NCBI GenBank assembly: GCA_051453625.1
Contig: JBOZIK010000001.1
Location: forward strand, 3,606,631-3,670,630
Direction of reading: 5' to 3'
Source: Welwitschia mirabilis
Taxonomy: Eukaryota
DNA: 64,000 nucleotides
Shown here: piece by piece, positions 1-14,888 of the stretch
Layout: every line of letters begins with the position of its first letter
Numbering within the stretch: position 1 is the first letter of the stretch
Program-made: the position numbers and the translations under genes
The notes under the pieces: model-generated
The model's database searches: none
The model's input: the letters and a program-made list of their open reading frames with translations, nothing else
What the model was told of the DNA's origin: nothing

Positions 1-522
1 ACCTAAATGGAAATAAAAATAAAAGAGGAAAAGGGTATTAATAGTTTTACATTAAGGTTCTAGAAATACAGCCCTAAAATTTAGGGGGAAAAAACCCTAA
101 TAGCCACATGAGTCATTTGACCTCATTACAAAGATATTTCTTTCTGATCATACAAAAATAGCTATCATCCCAACTGTCACATGTCATCCTACATCAAATA
201 TCTTTATTCCCCATTATTAGCCCCATAGCTTCTATCCCTGTCAGCAGTGTTGTCATCCTGCATGTTATGGGAATGACATAGGGGACGACAATCTTCCTTA
301 TCTTCAGTCTCAAAGGTAAATTAGTCTTTTTCATCATGAAGTCTTCGCCTAAATATATGATATTAGAATAATCCTGAGAAACCACCAAATATGCTAAGAA
401 TCACATGTTTTATTGATCATCTTGTTAGATCTTCATAGTCATTAGTATTGCATCCAAACATGTGTAAACTTGTAAAGCACTTAAAATATACCATTAAATT
501 CCTATAAATTGGCATTACAATA
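1..522 (-). mobile_element. LTR fragment (probable Ty3/gypsy Athila-like), cut by the window edge
   Basis: Colinear with 30580-31078 and 52513-52794. All three end in the same terminus: aaattggcattacaata / caaattggcatcacaata / aaattggcatcacaaca, whose reverse complement starts TGTTGTGATGCC. Confidence 0.7.
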
Positions 523-3059
523 GTGTCTTCAAAGGAAGATGAGGTGGTTTATTAAATATATGAAGATGAAGAGTAGTGATAAAATATTGAAGGATATGGA
601 AATGATGATGAAGGATAAGGATCGTGAATGGGAATGAAGGTATGGTATCAAACTTCTAATGCTTAATATAAGAATTTTCAAAATTGAAAAGGGGTTGATC
701 TATGTATATATGGAATGGAAAATATTCTTCAAAGGTTTTTCCCATATTAAAAGGACTTATGAGTTGAGGATAGTATGAATAGAATTAAAGGTAATTTCCT
801 AATGTTTGTTTCAATATAATAAAGTCTCCTATGATTTGTTTGATTGTTTATCATTTTAGAAACTATGGGAATAAAGAGATGGAAGCTTAGAAGGTATATA
901 AAATGCTTAGGATCCTAAACCATAATGACGTTTAAGAAAATAAGTTATAGTTTAGAGTAAAAGATTTACATCTTTTGGAATTTTCCAGTCTTAGAGGGAT
1001 CTTATAAGTATAAATGGTTTAAAGAGTTCACAAAAGGTTTTAGAAAAAGGTATAAGGAATTTAGAGTAGACATGCTAGTGACTCAAGGCAAATGATGGCA
1101 TTAATCTAGTTAAGTAGAATAGCTTGAGAAAAAGACAAAGGATTTGTACAGTCAATGCAAAAGGTTTTAGGTTACATGGTCTAAGAAAAATTAAACAAAA
1201 ATCCAAAACAACTATATCTTAAAAATTTACAATTTTGAAATAATAATCTACATGTTTTTAATTTTTATAAAAACAAATTTAATAGAACTTATATAAGAAA
1301 ACTAAGAAATTTATAGAAAATTCATAGAAATCATAAAACACTTACAACATAAATCATTAGAATTTAGTTTAGTTTTAATTCATGATCCTATATTTAATTA
1401 CACCTACAAAAAAGTCATTATACCTATAACAAAAAAATATCAGATATAAAAAAATGAATTTCAGATGTTAGATTAGATAACCAAACTCAACAATTTGGAC
1501 TAGTTCAATTTTTACTAAAAATAAACTAGTACCTATCATTAGAAAAAAATGAAAACACACAAAACAAAGAGAAAGGACTAGTTTAGGTATCTCTAAAAAT
1601 AAGATGAATACCCACCATTAGAAAATGAAACATGACTAAAGAAATTTCAAGATAAAATTCATCCACTTTTGAAAAAATTATCATGCTAATATCCCTAGTA
1701 ATCATGCTAAGATTTGATCATAGCCTTGTAGTGATTCAAATTTATTTGAGTTTACACCTAGAATCATTCTTCAATAGGATATGTATAGTAAATTCTATAA
1801 AAGGGATACAATTATTACAACTTACAATAAAAACTCAAATGAAAGGAAATTAGAAATTAAGAAGGAAGTTGCTCTTTAGTTATGATGTAAAAGAATGAAA
1901 ATGCTCCAAGGATCTCATCAATTTTCTCAACTCTCCACCTTCACTTTAATGATTCTTATATCTTAAACATGACAATTAAGTAAGATCCATCCAAAAAGAT
2001 CCAATGCCAAAAAAATTATGAAATAACAGTGAAAGGAAAAAAACCTACTCAAAAATTAGTCCTACCTAATATTACTAGTGTCAAATGGATTGTGTAATAA
2101 TAATTAAAGTATTAAAACTAATTCTAAAACTATTCTTACCTAAACATTACTAATACCAAATTATTTTATTCATTAACAATGAAAGGATTCAAAGTAATTC
2201 TTTTATTAAAACTAAAATAGATATATGTTACATTAATTGAAAAATAAGTAAAAAAGATAAACTCCTCAACTAGCCTTGGATCATTCCACCCCCAAGAAAG
2301 GTTATTAGAGCACCATGAAATCTTAGCCTCCAAGTTTTTCCCACATTAATCTAATAAAAAGATTCTTAAAAATAAGGGATTAAGGCCATTTTATAGATAA
2401 GGAAAGGCTTAGAAAGATATGTCATGATTAGACTAGGTGAGGTAGATGGGCAGTTACATAAAGGGGATTTATTAAGGATAGTAACATAATGGGGAAGCCA
2501 TAATATTTGGCATGTAGCCACAATAAAAGATTGTTTGTATTCTTATGTAAACATTATAATGATGCATCCTCTAACTACTAACGATGCTACCAATGAATGC
2601 CATGTCATGAATCTTTCACATCATCATCGTTGTTACGCCACATGTCATTACAGCATGTCATCCTATACTTCCATCAAGTATCACCAGAGTTAAGGTTGAA
2701 TCTAATTTATTATTTGACTAAGATCATAAGCAAAAAGTGATGAATTTCCCTAAATGATGTATGAATGTGATTTTGGAGTACATTTTCCTCAGAAATTTGA
2801 TAATGCTAGCTGAAGATGGTAGCGTTATTTGTTGGATTATTATCAAGTTTTGTAGTGATCTTCATAATGCAACAACAAATATACTAATGTTAGGAGAAAG
2901 TCTTTATGCACATGAGAATATGCTAAAAAGGATGAAAGACATCATTTTATGATAGATTAATGAATTAAATATTTTTTGCTATGCTAAATTAATTAATTAT
3001 ACTTGCTTAATATGTTAATATTTTCATGTAAACACCCCCTCACTTAGACCATATTCCAG

Positions 3060-6000
3060 TTGTATTTTGGATATATTAAATTAAGTTGGGATGTTGAGAA
3101 ATATTCACTTAATTAGACTATACTAAAACTAAGTTTCTTTTATTTTTTTTGGTTTTTAGTTTGACTTTATACTTAATGTCACTCACATGTTAAATTTTTT
3201 AAGGATTAAAATTGGAATCACTATTTAATTACCTAATTTTTTCACTAGTAATACATCTTGATTGGTGACAGGCATGAGGAGCCCTATGCAAACATTAATC
3301 TATGTTAAGCTATATCATCCTATAAGCTTATTGTATAGTATTTAACTAACATAACTATGTAGTTTAGCTCATATATAGAGTTGTCTCTCTCTTAAGTAAA
3401 AACATCCTAGGAATCTTGAAGTTCAAATTCCATACACACCTTAGCAATTAAGGGTGTATTAGATTAAGATACGAATCATAGTAGTAGAGTATATTTAGAA
3501 TTCATCACTTCATCAATATAAAGAAATAAGCATAGTAAGGTTTAAAATTACTAATTTTCAAGGGCAATTAAATCACCAAGATTATATCTTACACTTTGTT
3601 AAAGAGGACATATATTTAAGGTAATCAAAACTAGCCAAGAACTTAAATTATCCAAGAACATGATTCATACTTTATCTTTTCACTTCATTTGGAGATAATA
3701 ATCACTTTCTTAAAGAGGATGTGATCACTACCTAGACTAGAAGTAATATCTAAAATTAAAAAAGACTTCAGTTAATCATATAATAATTTAGTTCCTTACA
3801 CTAAAATTTACTACATTTACATAAGGATTTCTTAATAAATTACTTTATTCTTCTTATGCATGTAATCATTAAAGGATTAGTTTTGTCAAAATTTATTTTT
3901 CTTTTGTGAACTAAATAGATTCAAGTTACAGACGTGAGAAACATTCCTTTCAAATTAACTATACTTCTCTACCATGACTTCTTTTTTAATAATTTTTTAT
4001 GTTATTATGATTTGAATAGAATATTCAAAATTATAAATGTAAGAAAGATCTATTTTTTAAATTAACTAATACCATTTCAAGTCTTCCTGTTATTACTTTT
4101 TCTTCTCTAATTGATAAGTGTTCTTTATGTGAAGAATAAATTTATTATTCAATTGTTAATGTGAAAAAGATCGACCTTAAAATTAACTATACCTCATAAT
4201 GTGTTATCTATTATTCTTTTAGTGTCAACTATAAAAATCTCAAAGGGTACATTTTAGATGTTGTTAGGCTCCTTTATACTAATATTAATAGTTAGAATCA
4301 TGGCCAACATTAAAGTCACTCTTTAGAATGTTCAGAGTTGGAAAAATTGGCATGAATATTTTGTGTTTAGCATGTGCATATGTGGTTTTGACACTGATGT
4401 TGTTAAGAAAGCATATGTTCCTCATTAAACTTTATAGGAATCAAATTCTTAGAGTTCAATTGATAGTAGATTAATAGAAATCATGAGAAAGTAAGTGTCT
4501 TCATAACATAAGAAGTTAGTAGATTATAATAAGAGTAGCTATACCAACTTAGTTATATTATAGGATACATTCTATTCAAAGAATGATTTGGAGCTCATTG
4601 ATATCATCAAAATCATGAACAAGTTGCATTATGATAAAGGAAAAATGCAATAACTAGTTGCAAAAATAACTGATATTAAGGAAAAGGTTACTAAAAATAA
4701 TCTATAGAATCAAGTTTGTGTACACTACATGAACTTGGTTAGATGTTGTTTGAAGGATCCATATTTACATGACTATATTATGTTAATGGATGATAATATA
4801 GAAATATCACAAATAGATCTTTGAGATACTTAGTAAGAATCTTATTGTTAATGAATCATAATTTATATTTATTTGTACCTCATCCTCTAAAGCTACATTC
4901 GAAGTCTTACATCTTCATTGTGAATCAAATTCTATTGAACAATCATTGAGTAGACATCCTTCTAATGTTAAACATAATGAAAATGATAAATATTCATAAA
5001 AGTAGCAAGTATCTCCATATCCTTAATTTCATTAGTCTTAGTCATAGAAGAAATCATAGCAAAGTAATGCTAATATGAAGAGGAATACATATTAGTATCT
5101 GTATTATAGAAGACAGGGTTACTTTTCTAATTCATGTTGGTTATCTTGGGATAAGATTAAAGCTACTTCTAAAGAAAATGTAATTAGTGATGACTCTAAT
5201 TCTTTATATAATAATGAAGGCTATGAATCTAATGCTATGTTTCAAAGTCATTGTTTTGTGTGTATTAGTTGAAACATACCTAATGATTAATCTTGAATTC
5301 TAGATACTAATGTGATTAGAAATGTAATGTATAAGTGTAACTATTTTAATGACTTCATAGTATATCATTATAAAGTTTATTTAGACTTCAAACATAACTT
5401 CTTATTATAGGTCATGGTACAATTATCTTTCAATTTCCTTCTCTCTAATAATGAATGATTTCATATGTTTTTTTATATCCCCTCTATAAGATAACATCTT
5501 ATCTTTCTTTCTATATTAGTTAGTGAAGATCATTCTATTTTTATAATAAAAGATTCTATTAACATTTTTTATTCTTCTTAGAACTATGTTGTGAAAGACT
5601 TAATGGATGGAAAATGATGCATTTTTAGGGATGTGTTGGTATGTGTAAAATTTTTTGTCATATCTCATAAGAAGAAATCTATCCATCTATCTTGTAACGT
5701 GTTTACTTAGGTTATTTAATTTCATAGTCATTGATTACAATGTGTGAGAATGAACATAGGCTTCTTCCATTCATTCCATGTGATTTTCATTAATGCAAAG
5801 CATGTAAAATGGAAAACACAACATGACAATGCTTTTTACCTAGTAAGTGACATGCTAGCTAAAATCTTATACTCATTCATAGTGATAGATGTGATCCTAT
5901 ACTAGTCTCTAACCTTTAGAGTATTACTAATTTATATCATGTATAGATAATTTCTGTAGATTCTTGGAGTATTTTATGAGATTCAATTTCTTTCTTTTAA

Positions 6001-7140
6001 TATTTTCAAGATTACTAAAGCAAAAGTTAAAAAGGAAACTATAGTAAAATTAAGAATTTTCATTCTAATAATGATTGTGAATATATATTAGCTAAATTTA
6101 AGGGCTTTATTACTTCATAAGGTATTAACATACCTAATAATACCTTAATAGAGTAACATTGCTAAATGGTTTAATTAGACTATTATGGATATGACATGTT
6201 TAATGATGTATTTTAATGGATTCGAATCCTAGTAATGAGATGAAGCTTTAGTATTACAATCTATTTTAATAACTATATTGGCTGTGATTCTAAAAACATT
6301 ATATTCCATACTAAAAAAGGGAATGTATATAAGACTACTTTGAACTAACTTCATGTGTTTATATGTAATTGATATATTCATATTTCTACTAAACATCATG
6401 AAAAGATTGATGCACATATTCATATTAGAATTTTTGTAGAGTATCTAGCTCATTAGAAAGAATATCATATGTGCCTTCCTAAGTGTTATAAAATTATTGC
6501 ATCTCATGATGTCATCTTTTGTGAAACTTTATAGAAATTTTCTTAGCTTTATCTTTGTAAGTCATATCCTTTTCCCTTCTTGTAAAATTTTTAATGCTTA
6601 ATGTTGTATAGTTAAGAAGTCAGATGTGCCTACCAGACATGTTTTCTTAGTTTATTCTAGTCAAAATGATTTGTTTATAATAGAATATAGAGAAATTGAA
6701 CATTTTCATGTGTCCTTCACATATGAACATGATTCTATTAGTAAGTTATTAGATTATTCTTGTTAGAATTCTAATTTGTTCCAAAGAAAAAATAAAGTAC
6801 TTGATTATAATCTACTCTAAAAAATGTTTTGATAATTGGAAAGAAAATATTAAAACTAGGTAGAGTTTGCATGCATATCTTGATGATGATGAGTAGTTTC
6901 ATCTAACATTTGATGGTGAAACAACCTCTCTAAAAGATGTCATTCTATATGATTACTAAGTCCAATCCATGAAAGACTAATACAATGCACTTTTGCACTT
7001 CATTACTTAACAAAGGAGTTTTTTACAATAAGTACAAAGTACATACCCTTGAATGACATAAATATTGGCTTACTATCATAGGACAACATTAAAGAAAAGG
7101 ATTAGACTATAATGAAGTCTTTGCACTGATAACTAAATGA
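3060..7140 (+). mobile_element. Degenerate Ty1/copia retrotransposon C (leader, gag, PR, IN, start of RT), 3'-truncated
   Basis: Decayed motifs occur in copia order (see the pseudogene entry). 3060-6090 is the reverse-complement homolog of 21428-24470. Confidence 0.8.
4300..7140 (+). pseudogene. Copia gag-pol pseudogene of C
   Basis: S*ILDTNVIRNV ~5290 (WILDSGAT protease). FISCIDNFCRF ~5935. IKNFHSNNDCEY ~6050 (LRSDNGGEY). P**SNIAKWFN*TIMDM ~6145 (PQQNGVAER.NRT). IIASHDVIFCE ~6495. KGLDYNEVFALITK ~7095 (RT GIDY.EVFAPVAK). Many stops and frameshifts. Confidence 0.8.
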
Positions 7141-7149
7141 TTAATAAAA

Positions 7150-8294
7150 AGTACAAAGGATAGTTAGATATGAAGGTTCAAAAGTATGATAAAGAATTCA
7201 ATGATAATATAATGAGGTAAAGATTGCTTGAATCAAGCATTATAGAAATGGAAGTCATCACAATGTTATGATTCTTTTAACTAATTAAAAAAATACATAA
7301 ATAACTTTAAACCTTTTCTAACTTAAGGAATAAAGGTTAATAATTTGCAATAGAACGTGTCCTTCTTGAAGTTAATCATTTATCAATGATGTCTTATTTT
7401 CAAATAATATGGATAACTAAAAATCAATGAAACATCATAGTTCAATTTGAATAATGTGGATGAACATGATAACATACTAACTGAAATTGACATATTATAG
7501 CCTTGATCATCAATCATCAATAGAAAAAGATAGCTGAAAAAGTAATAATACTATGGAAAGTTAGATAATCATGACATACTTCAAGGTATACCTCTTTCTA
7601 CCTTGGATTTATCCCATTACAGATGCTCCTTTTAGAACTATTAACCTTACTTTTATCATTAGTGATAGGATCCATTAGATAGGACATGAACCATTAAGCA
7701 GCAATCCTTGAGATAGATTAGGTGTAATCATCAAAAGTACTGCCATATTTCCTATTTACATTTTTACCATTATTTTATTTTATTTTTTTTTCTTTTCTTT
7801 TATGGAAAGCAACTTGTACATACATAAAGGCATTAGCATCATAATGAAGTTGATGAAGATATAAGCATATAATGTGATAAATTCAATTAAGAACATTTTT
7901 CTCTCTTTGAATGATAGTTTATAGGTATTTGAATACCTCTCAATTGATTGAAATCCAATTGATCATCCACAAATTACAAAATCATGAAATGTTTGAACAT
8001 ACTATATCATGAATAAATGAGATAAAATCAAGTTACTACATATGGAAAAAGATGAATCATCTAAGTATAATATATAAAAGTTACATGATGGATATAATTT
8101 CATAAATAATTACTTAAATTAGATATTATTCCTTTACTTTATATTATTTCTTATTTTAGAGGTTAGTTTATTCAACATAGTTATCAAAATAGTATTTTTT
8201 TGGTAAAATAAGAACCAAACCATTTTTAAACTAATTGACTAAATATGAAGGGTATAAGATAATTCCTAATAAGTATTAATTGGTGATATGAAAT
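7150..8294 (-). mobile_element. Distal internal segment of Athila-like element B, split off by insertion of A
   Basis: The reverse complement aligns with A internal ~12510-13570 (shared tggatgatcaattggatttca and aatccaaggta.aaagag.ta.accttgaagt). It continues the alignment that breaks at 18094. Confidence 0.75.
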
Positions 8295-9692
8295 TGTTGT
8301 AAATCTAATTAGTAATATTTATCATCATGTTTATATTATGTTTTAGGCATATTTAACAGATTTTCAAGCCAAACATAAAGAATCTGAAGCTTAATTAAGA
8401 TGATCACATAGAACACCAAATTTGGATATAATGAATCCTTTTTAGATGTATTTCACACTTTCTAAATTTTCTAGAGCATCATGAATCTAGTGCAGAATGA
8501 TGAATGATAAATGATGATTAAGAGGCAAAGAAAACATTGTGGTCCACCTCATGATCTAGATAATGATCAAGTAGTTGATCAAAAAATAAATAAACAGATA
8601 AATTTGGTTTCTACTGACAGTCATCCATCCTATCATTTAGATGATACTCAAGATAACTAGTAGGATCAGAAGAAATAAAACTTATAAATTAACATTTAAT
8701 AATCATTTACCTAGTTATTTGGATGATAACTAGGATAAAACTAAGAACATAAAAGATCAACCATATCAAGAAGACACATGAAGGACAAGAAGACATTAGA
8801 AGAAGAGATTAACTTATCGTTCACTTGGTTGTCTAGATGATACCTAAGATGACACTGAAAATATGAAACTCAACCATCACCAAGACTATATATGGAAGAT
8901 AAAAAACTAATAGAAATATAAGATCAATTATCATCCACCTTGTTATTTGAATGACATCCAAGTAGACGATAGTTACAAAGAATACAAAATGAACTTCAGT
9001 AATTATATAATCATTGATATGATGGTCATCGGCGTATTACAAATCTTCCATGATGACCAATCTTCCATGACCCTAATAATCATTCCAAATTCTATAAATA
9101 CCCACCTTTGATTCTTTTTTTCTTATCTTTACTACATCAATTGTTCTTATGATAAGTTGAAGATCAATTAAGCAAGAGATCCATCTTAGTTGCAGAGAAG
9201 GACATCTTTTGGTATTGGACTGTGTCTCCTTTATTAAGAAGCTGTAGCTTTATACATGAATGTAAAAAAACTATGATTAATAAAAATCATTTTATGTCTT
9301 TTAAATATTCTCTTTTATGTTCTTCATATGTTATGTCAAAATCAAGTTAATTATGTAAGATTAACTTTAATTTCTGATATAGTGTATGAGGGCTAACTTG
9401 GGTGATAACAAGTTGGTGTACTTATTAGGACTTACACTTTGGTTGCATTCATATTTGCATTTTACATTAATCTATTGCATCATTAAATTTTCATCAATTT
9501 ATCATTTTGAAAAGTAAAATAGAAATAATTTATAGTAATCTTTTAGCTTTCTCTTTATAATTTCTATCTAAAGTATGACATTTGGGTTAGATCCCATATA
9601 CTAGTATGTTTTGTATGAGTTTTATTCATATTTGTAGGTATTAAAGATAATTCGTTGGAAGAAAATATAGGATTAATCACATGATTCACACT
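8295..9692 (+). repeat. 5' LTR of A (3' end and PBS lost in an N gap)
   Basis: Colinear with 16718-18093 throughout, e.g. tatgttttaggcatatttaa, aattaagatgatcacata, ctatgattaataaaaatcattttat, ttggaagaaaatatagg. Confidence 0.85.
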
Positions 9693-10139
9693 NNNNNNNN
9701 NNNNNNNNNNNNNNNNNNNNNNNNNNNNNNNNNNNNNNNNNNNNNNNNNNNNNNNNNNNNNNNNNNNNNNNNNNNNNNNNNNNNNNNNNNNNNNNNNNNN
9801 NNNNNNNNAATTTTTTTCTTTTTTTTATTTATATTACACTATTTACTTTCTTAGTTTTATTTTAATTTTATTTAGTTTTTTATTTTTACCTTCATATTTT
9901 TCATTTATGCAATTTTTTATTTCCACATTAGTGTTATTTTTTTATGAACTTAAAGATGATTATTTTAGTTCTACTCTTTGTACTTAGCTTAAACCTTGGG
10001 ATTACCATCTAAAATTTATATTTATCTCATACTTTTGATATTACTAAATACTTGGTTGATGAGATTGATCTACTCCTTAGGCTTTGAGATATTTTAGTGA
10101 TATCTTTCTTATCATAAAAATTAATTCTTTTTATTTCAT

Positions 10140-10960
10140 NNNNNNNNNNNNNNNNNNNNNNNNNNNNNNNNNNNNNNNNNNNNNNNNNNNNNNNNNNNNN
10201 NNNNNNNNNNNNNNNNNNNNNNNNNNNNNNNNNNNNNNNNNNNNNNNNNNNNNNNNNNNNNNNNNNNNNNNNNNNNNNNNNNNNNNNNNNNNNNNNNNNN
10301 NNNNNNNNNNNNNNNNNNNNNNNNNNNNNNNNNNNNNNNNNNNNNNNNNNNNNNNNNNNNNNNNNNNNNNNNNNNNNNNNNNNNNNNNNNNNNNNNNNNN
10401 NNNNNNNNNNNNNNNNNNNNNNNNNNNNNNNNNNNNNNNNNNNNNNNNNNNNNNNNNNNNNNNNNNNNNNNNNNNNNNNNNNNNNNNNNNNNNNNNNNNN
10501 NNNNNNNNNNNNNNNNNNNNNNNNNNNNNNNNNNNNNNNNNNNNNNNNNNNNNNNNNNNNNNNNNNNNNNNNNNNNNNNNNNNNNNNNNNNNNNNNNNNN
10601 NNNNNNNNNNNNNNNNNNNNNNNNNNNNNNNNNNNNNNNNNNNNNNNNNNNNNNNNNNNNNNNNNNNNNNNNNNNNNNNNNNNNNNNNNNNNNNNNNNNN
10701 NNNNNNNNNNNNNNNNNNNNNNNNNNNNNNNNNNNNNNNNNNNNNNNNNNNNNNNNNNNNNNNNNNNNNNNNNNNNNNNNNNNNNNNNNNNNNNNNNNNN
10801 NNNNNNNNNNNNNNNNNNNNNNNNNNNNNNNNNNNNNNNNNNNNNNNNNNNNNNNNNNNNNNNNNNNNNNNNNNNNNNNNNNNNNNNNNNNNNNNNNNNN
10901 NNNNNNNNNNNNNNNNNNNNNNNNNNNNNNNNNNNNNNNNNNNNNNNNNNNNNNNNNNNN
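10140..10960. other. Assembly gap (others at 9693-9808, 30527-30579, 33920-33929, 52413-52512)
   Basis: N runs. Confidence 1.
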
Positions 10961-11081
10961 TTTAGACAAGAATTCTACAATCATTTTGATAAACCCCAAT
11001 AGTCCTCCATGAATAGCTCTAAAGAAGAAATAGGTTTTATATATCCACAAAGTTCTTTCAAATAAGATGACTTACTTCATG

Positions 11082-11257
11082 TCAGTGACTACTTACTAGA
11101 GTGGTAACATCACAGACACATGGATCTAGAGGTCCATAGTTCAAACCTTGACAATGGTAGAGAACATAAAAAATGGAACAGATTTTGTAAGTCTAAGTAC
11201 CACTAGGTATTTGTGTGGTACAAAATTATCTACTTGCTATCTCTTCAAAACAAAAAA
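11082..11257 (+). mobile_element. tRNA-derived SINE (~176 bp) inserted in A
   Basis: A-box-like tactagagtggtaa (~11094), B-box-like agttcaaacc (~11137) and A-rich tail caaaacaaaaaaa. Flanking direct repeat atgacttacttcatg (11067-11081) / atgattcacttcatg (11258-11272) matches at 13/15. Confidence 0.7.
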
Positions 11258-11409
11258 ATGATTCACTTCATGATTTAATAGAAGAACTTAAGAAAATAGA
11301 AGAGACCATCAATAAGAACATTGTAAACCAAAATAAGAACATTGCAAACCTTATAGGTATACTTTAACAAATAATGTTATAAAATAAACAATCTTAAGGC
11401 TCTTTTATA

Positions 11410-11856
11410 ATGCATTATTTTCAAACCTATCCTACTCTTTCTACTATCTCTTACCTTGAAAATGGAGAGGAAAACATTAAAATTACTACATATAGTAACC
11501 ATTTCAATTTTGATGATGAGGATTTAGATGATCCATGTCTAATAGAAGATATCCAATACAATGACAATGTGATTCTAAATCACCAATTAAATAACAAGTG
11601 TGAGGATGACTATTTATTAGATGATGATATTGAGATACTATATTATATCCCTAATATCCACTTACTATTAGAAGATCAAGATGAAATAAAGGAATTAATT
11701 CATGAAAAATCTGAAAATTTTTCAATCCCTAATGAAGTTAATGATCACATTGCTCTTTATGAGCTTTTTGAAGAATTTCATAACTTGGAAACTGAGGATA
11801 TGCTAAAAGCTAATGATGTAAATGATGAAGAAAAGAGAATAATAAATAAGTTATAG
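11410..11856 (+). pseudogene. Open remnant (148 aa, Asp/Glu-rich) of A's first ORF; possibly a derived gag C-terminal region
   Basis: Longest non-N ORF in the window. FQTYPTLSTISYLENGEENIKI matches FQAYSTTSSTSYLDNNE*DIEI on the minus strand near 18965-19030 in B. Confidence 0.55.
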
Positions 11857-14800
11857 GGATTCAATAAGACTAAGTAGAGGATAGACTTCTTATATCTCAT
11901 AAAGAAATTAAACTTAATGTGTCTAATCCTATCCAAAATCTTCCTTCATCTCTTTCACTTATAATTTTAAATAATAATGAAAATAGAAATAAGATGAATA
12001 AAAATAATAAAGAACCCATGGAGAATTAGCTAAACTTAATATAAGATAGATTTGTTCCTTCTAATCTAACAAACCAACCTTAATGGTTTATCCATATTTC
12101 TCCTTCCCCTTCAATTGGAATTTCATGTAATACCAAAAGGAACATCCTTTGCTCTCTTACTAAGTCCACTCTACTTTATACCTTTAATGAAAATCCTTTT
12201 CAAAATTATAACTTGGAATATCTTGAAGTTAATCTAGGGAAATCCTTATGTTCTTGATTAAAATCCATGTCTTGAGTTGGATGTTAGAAAGCTTCTTAGT
12301 CTCACTAAACATGCCCTAATGAATCATTCTAAGAATCCTTCAAAAACTTCTTAGATTCATTCTTTGATTAGTTCCCTAAATGAATCATGGAATGATTATC
12401 ATGATTTACATTAGTTCAATGAGATGTTATCTTTAATGAAATTTGTCAATTCTTCATCTCCTATTTAGCTTGTAAAAATTGTATTATTAAGGTTTTATCC
12501 TTTTATTTTCTTTTCTACCAATTGATTTTACTCAAAAATGATCATATACCTTTTATGTTTCATTAATTGGTTTCTATTTGATTTGGTTCTTATTTTTTTT
12601 GAAAAGGTACAATGTAATAACTATATTAAAATATCTATCTTTTTATCATAGGAGTAAATGAAAAGTAAAAGAACTAAAATCTACTTTTAGAAATTGATTT
12701 AGTGGATCTTCTTTTTCTAAAGAGATATGCACCACTTACCCTTATGTGAATTGTAATTTTTCATATAGTTTCTCTTTCCAACATTTATTAAATTGAAGTA
12801 TTTTTAAGCATTTTAGGCTTTTGCAAATTATGGATGATCAATTGGATTTCAGCCAATTGAAAGGCATTCAAAGGCCTATGAACTCTCATTATAATAGGGG
12901 GAAATAAACTTAATTAAGTTTTTCATGTTGTATGATTTGTATCCTCTTCAACTTCTTTTTGTAAGGTTGTAATTTATTAGTACTTTGATAATGGATAAGT
13001 GTCTTTTCATATTTGTGGAAAAGAAATAGAAAAAAAAAGAAAAAGAATTTTAAAAAGAAAATATCAATTTATATTATGAAATAATTTTGATAATCACTTG
13101 TAATCTATCTTGGGAATTACTATACTAAAGGTAAAGTTTCTTAATGGCCTAAATCTTATCTAGTAGGTTCTACCACTTGTTATAAAAACAATGTCAGTGG
13201 TTTAGAAATGAACACTCTATAATGGAAGAAATCCAAGGTAAAAAGAGATACACCTTGAAGTGTGCCATGATTATTACATTATCATGTACTATTAATTTAT
13301 CATCATCATTTACATTATTACTTGGTACTATAGCTTTGATATTTAATTTCAATTAGTACATTATCATTTTCATCCATGCCATTCAAATAGAACTATGATT
13401 TTTATTGATCTAGGAATCATGCATCTTTAATTGAAAATAAGAGAATATTGTTAAGTGATGAACTTCAAGTAGAATATGTCATAATGTAATGTATTTATTT
13501 CTATTCATTAAGCTAGGTAACTTCAAAGTTGCTAATCATACTTTTTCTATTTTAGCATAGAATCACAACCTTAGAGAAATAAAATTAATATTTTAAAAAA
13601 ATATTTGAATTATATTTTCTTTTAAATAAAGTGTTAGGTTTTGAGATGATAGGATTTAGAATCTAAGTAGTTCAATATTTGTTTTCATGATGCTTCAACT
13701 TACTATCTTTTTCTTTCTTATTTTTCATTTATATCTTTTATTCTTAGCTTTTATTTTTTACATCCCTTAAAACTTTCATCTTATTCTTTCTAATCATCAC
13801 AAGTACATTTGCTTAAAAATAAGGATCTAATTATCTACTTCATGGGGTTATCATCTTTAGAATCCTCAAAAGATATGTTTTCCATAGATTAGAAATCATA
13901 AACTTTGAATTTAATTTTAAGTTTCAAACTATCAAAGGTCTTGTCTGCATAGTCATCCAGATGATAATGCAGACGACACCCCCTATTCATCCTTGACTCT
14001 TGAAATTTATTTATTCCAAAATTGTCTGTTTTCAATTTCTAAAAAGACTATTACCAACTATCATTAACCCTATCATTCCTAGAACAACACCAAGGATAAT
14101 AGCCTTTTCCCCATATTGGACATTAATATCTTACAACTCCACCTCTTCTATATGAAATTAATCATTTCATAATTAATTTTACATAAAAATATTAAAAACA
14201 ACATCATTTATACTTAAATGATGTTGTCTAGACGATAAGACAGACGATAAGGCAGACAACATTTATTTTTCTTTGATAATTATTCTAGGGATATTGTTTA
14301 AATGACATGATAAATAATTAATATAGAACCATGGATTTAAACCCTTATTTCATTCCATTTTGTTCATTTATTCATTATTTTTCTTCATTCTTAAGCAAGG
14401 AGAATTATGACGTTTCATTTTCCACTGTTTAAACAACTTCATTTCATCATATCTGCCCTCCAAATGTTAGATTTAAGTAAATATTCCAAAAATTAGATGT
14501 GTTTTCTTCCTCTTATCTAATTTTACTTATTTATCTCATTTCTTAGTGTTTTTGACTTCCACTTTAGATAGAATTATTAATTTTTTGTAATTATTATTTG
14601 GTATAAATGAATTTGAATTTTACCATGTATTTTGTGAGATATGTGAATTTTTGTACTTTAGAGGTAAAATTATATTTCTTTTTTAAATTCATATTTCTGT
14701 CACATTATGTGATGAAATATAATCATGTTTATAGTAAAATTATTAGCATAATTAAATCTATAATTCTACTCGATTATTTTTTTGATATACATCATTTTTT

Positions 14801-14888
14801 TTTACACATTACTCCATACAAACCTTGTTATAAAATTTACCAATATTTTCTTTTTTTTTTTCACACAATTTGGAACAAACTGTAATAC

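Noticed and set aside
680..760. KGLIYVYMEWKIFFKGFSH resembling a viroplasmin/RNase H1 N-terminal motif
   Set aside because: The spacing is wrong and there is no supporting context.
2130..2700. LTR-like segment with tgtcat motifs and atcttagcct
   Set aside because: Probably a distant relative of the Athila-like LTRs, but I could not align it or find its ends.
10084..11050. 293-aa and 304-aa ORFs in the track
   Set aside because: Artefacts of the N gap.
11082..11160. tRNA gene
   Set aside because: No cloverleaf or acceptor stem is evident. The tail and TSD favour a SINE.
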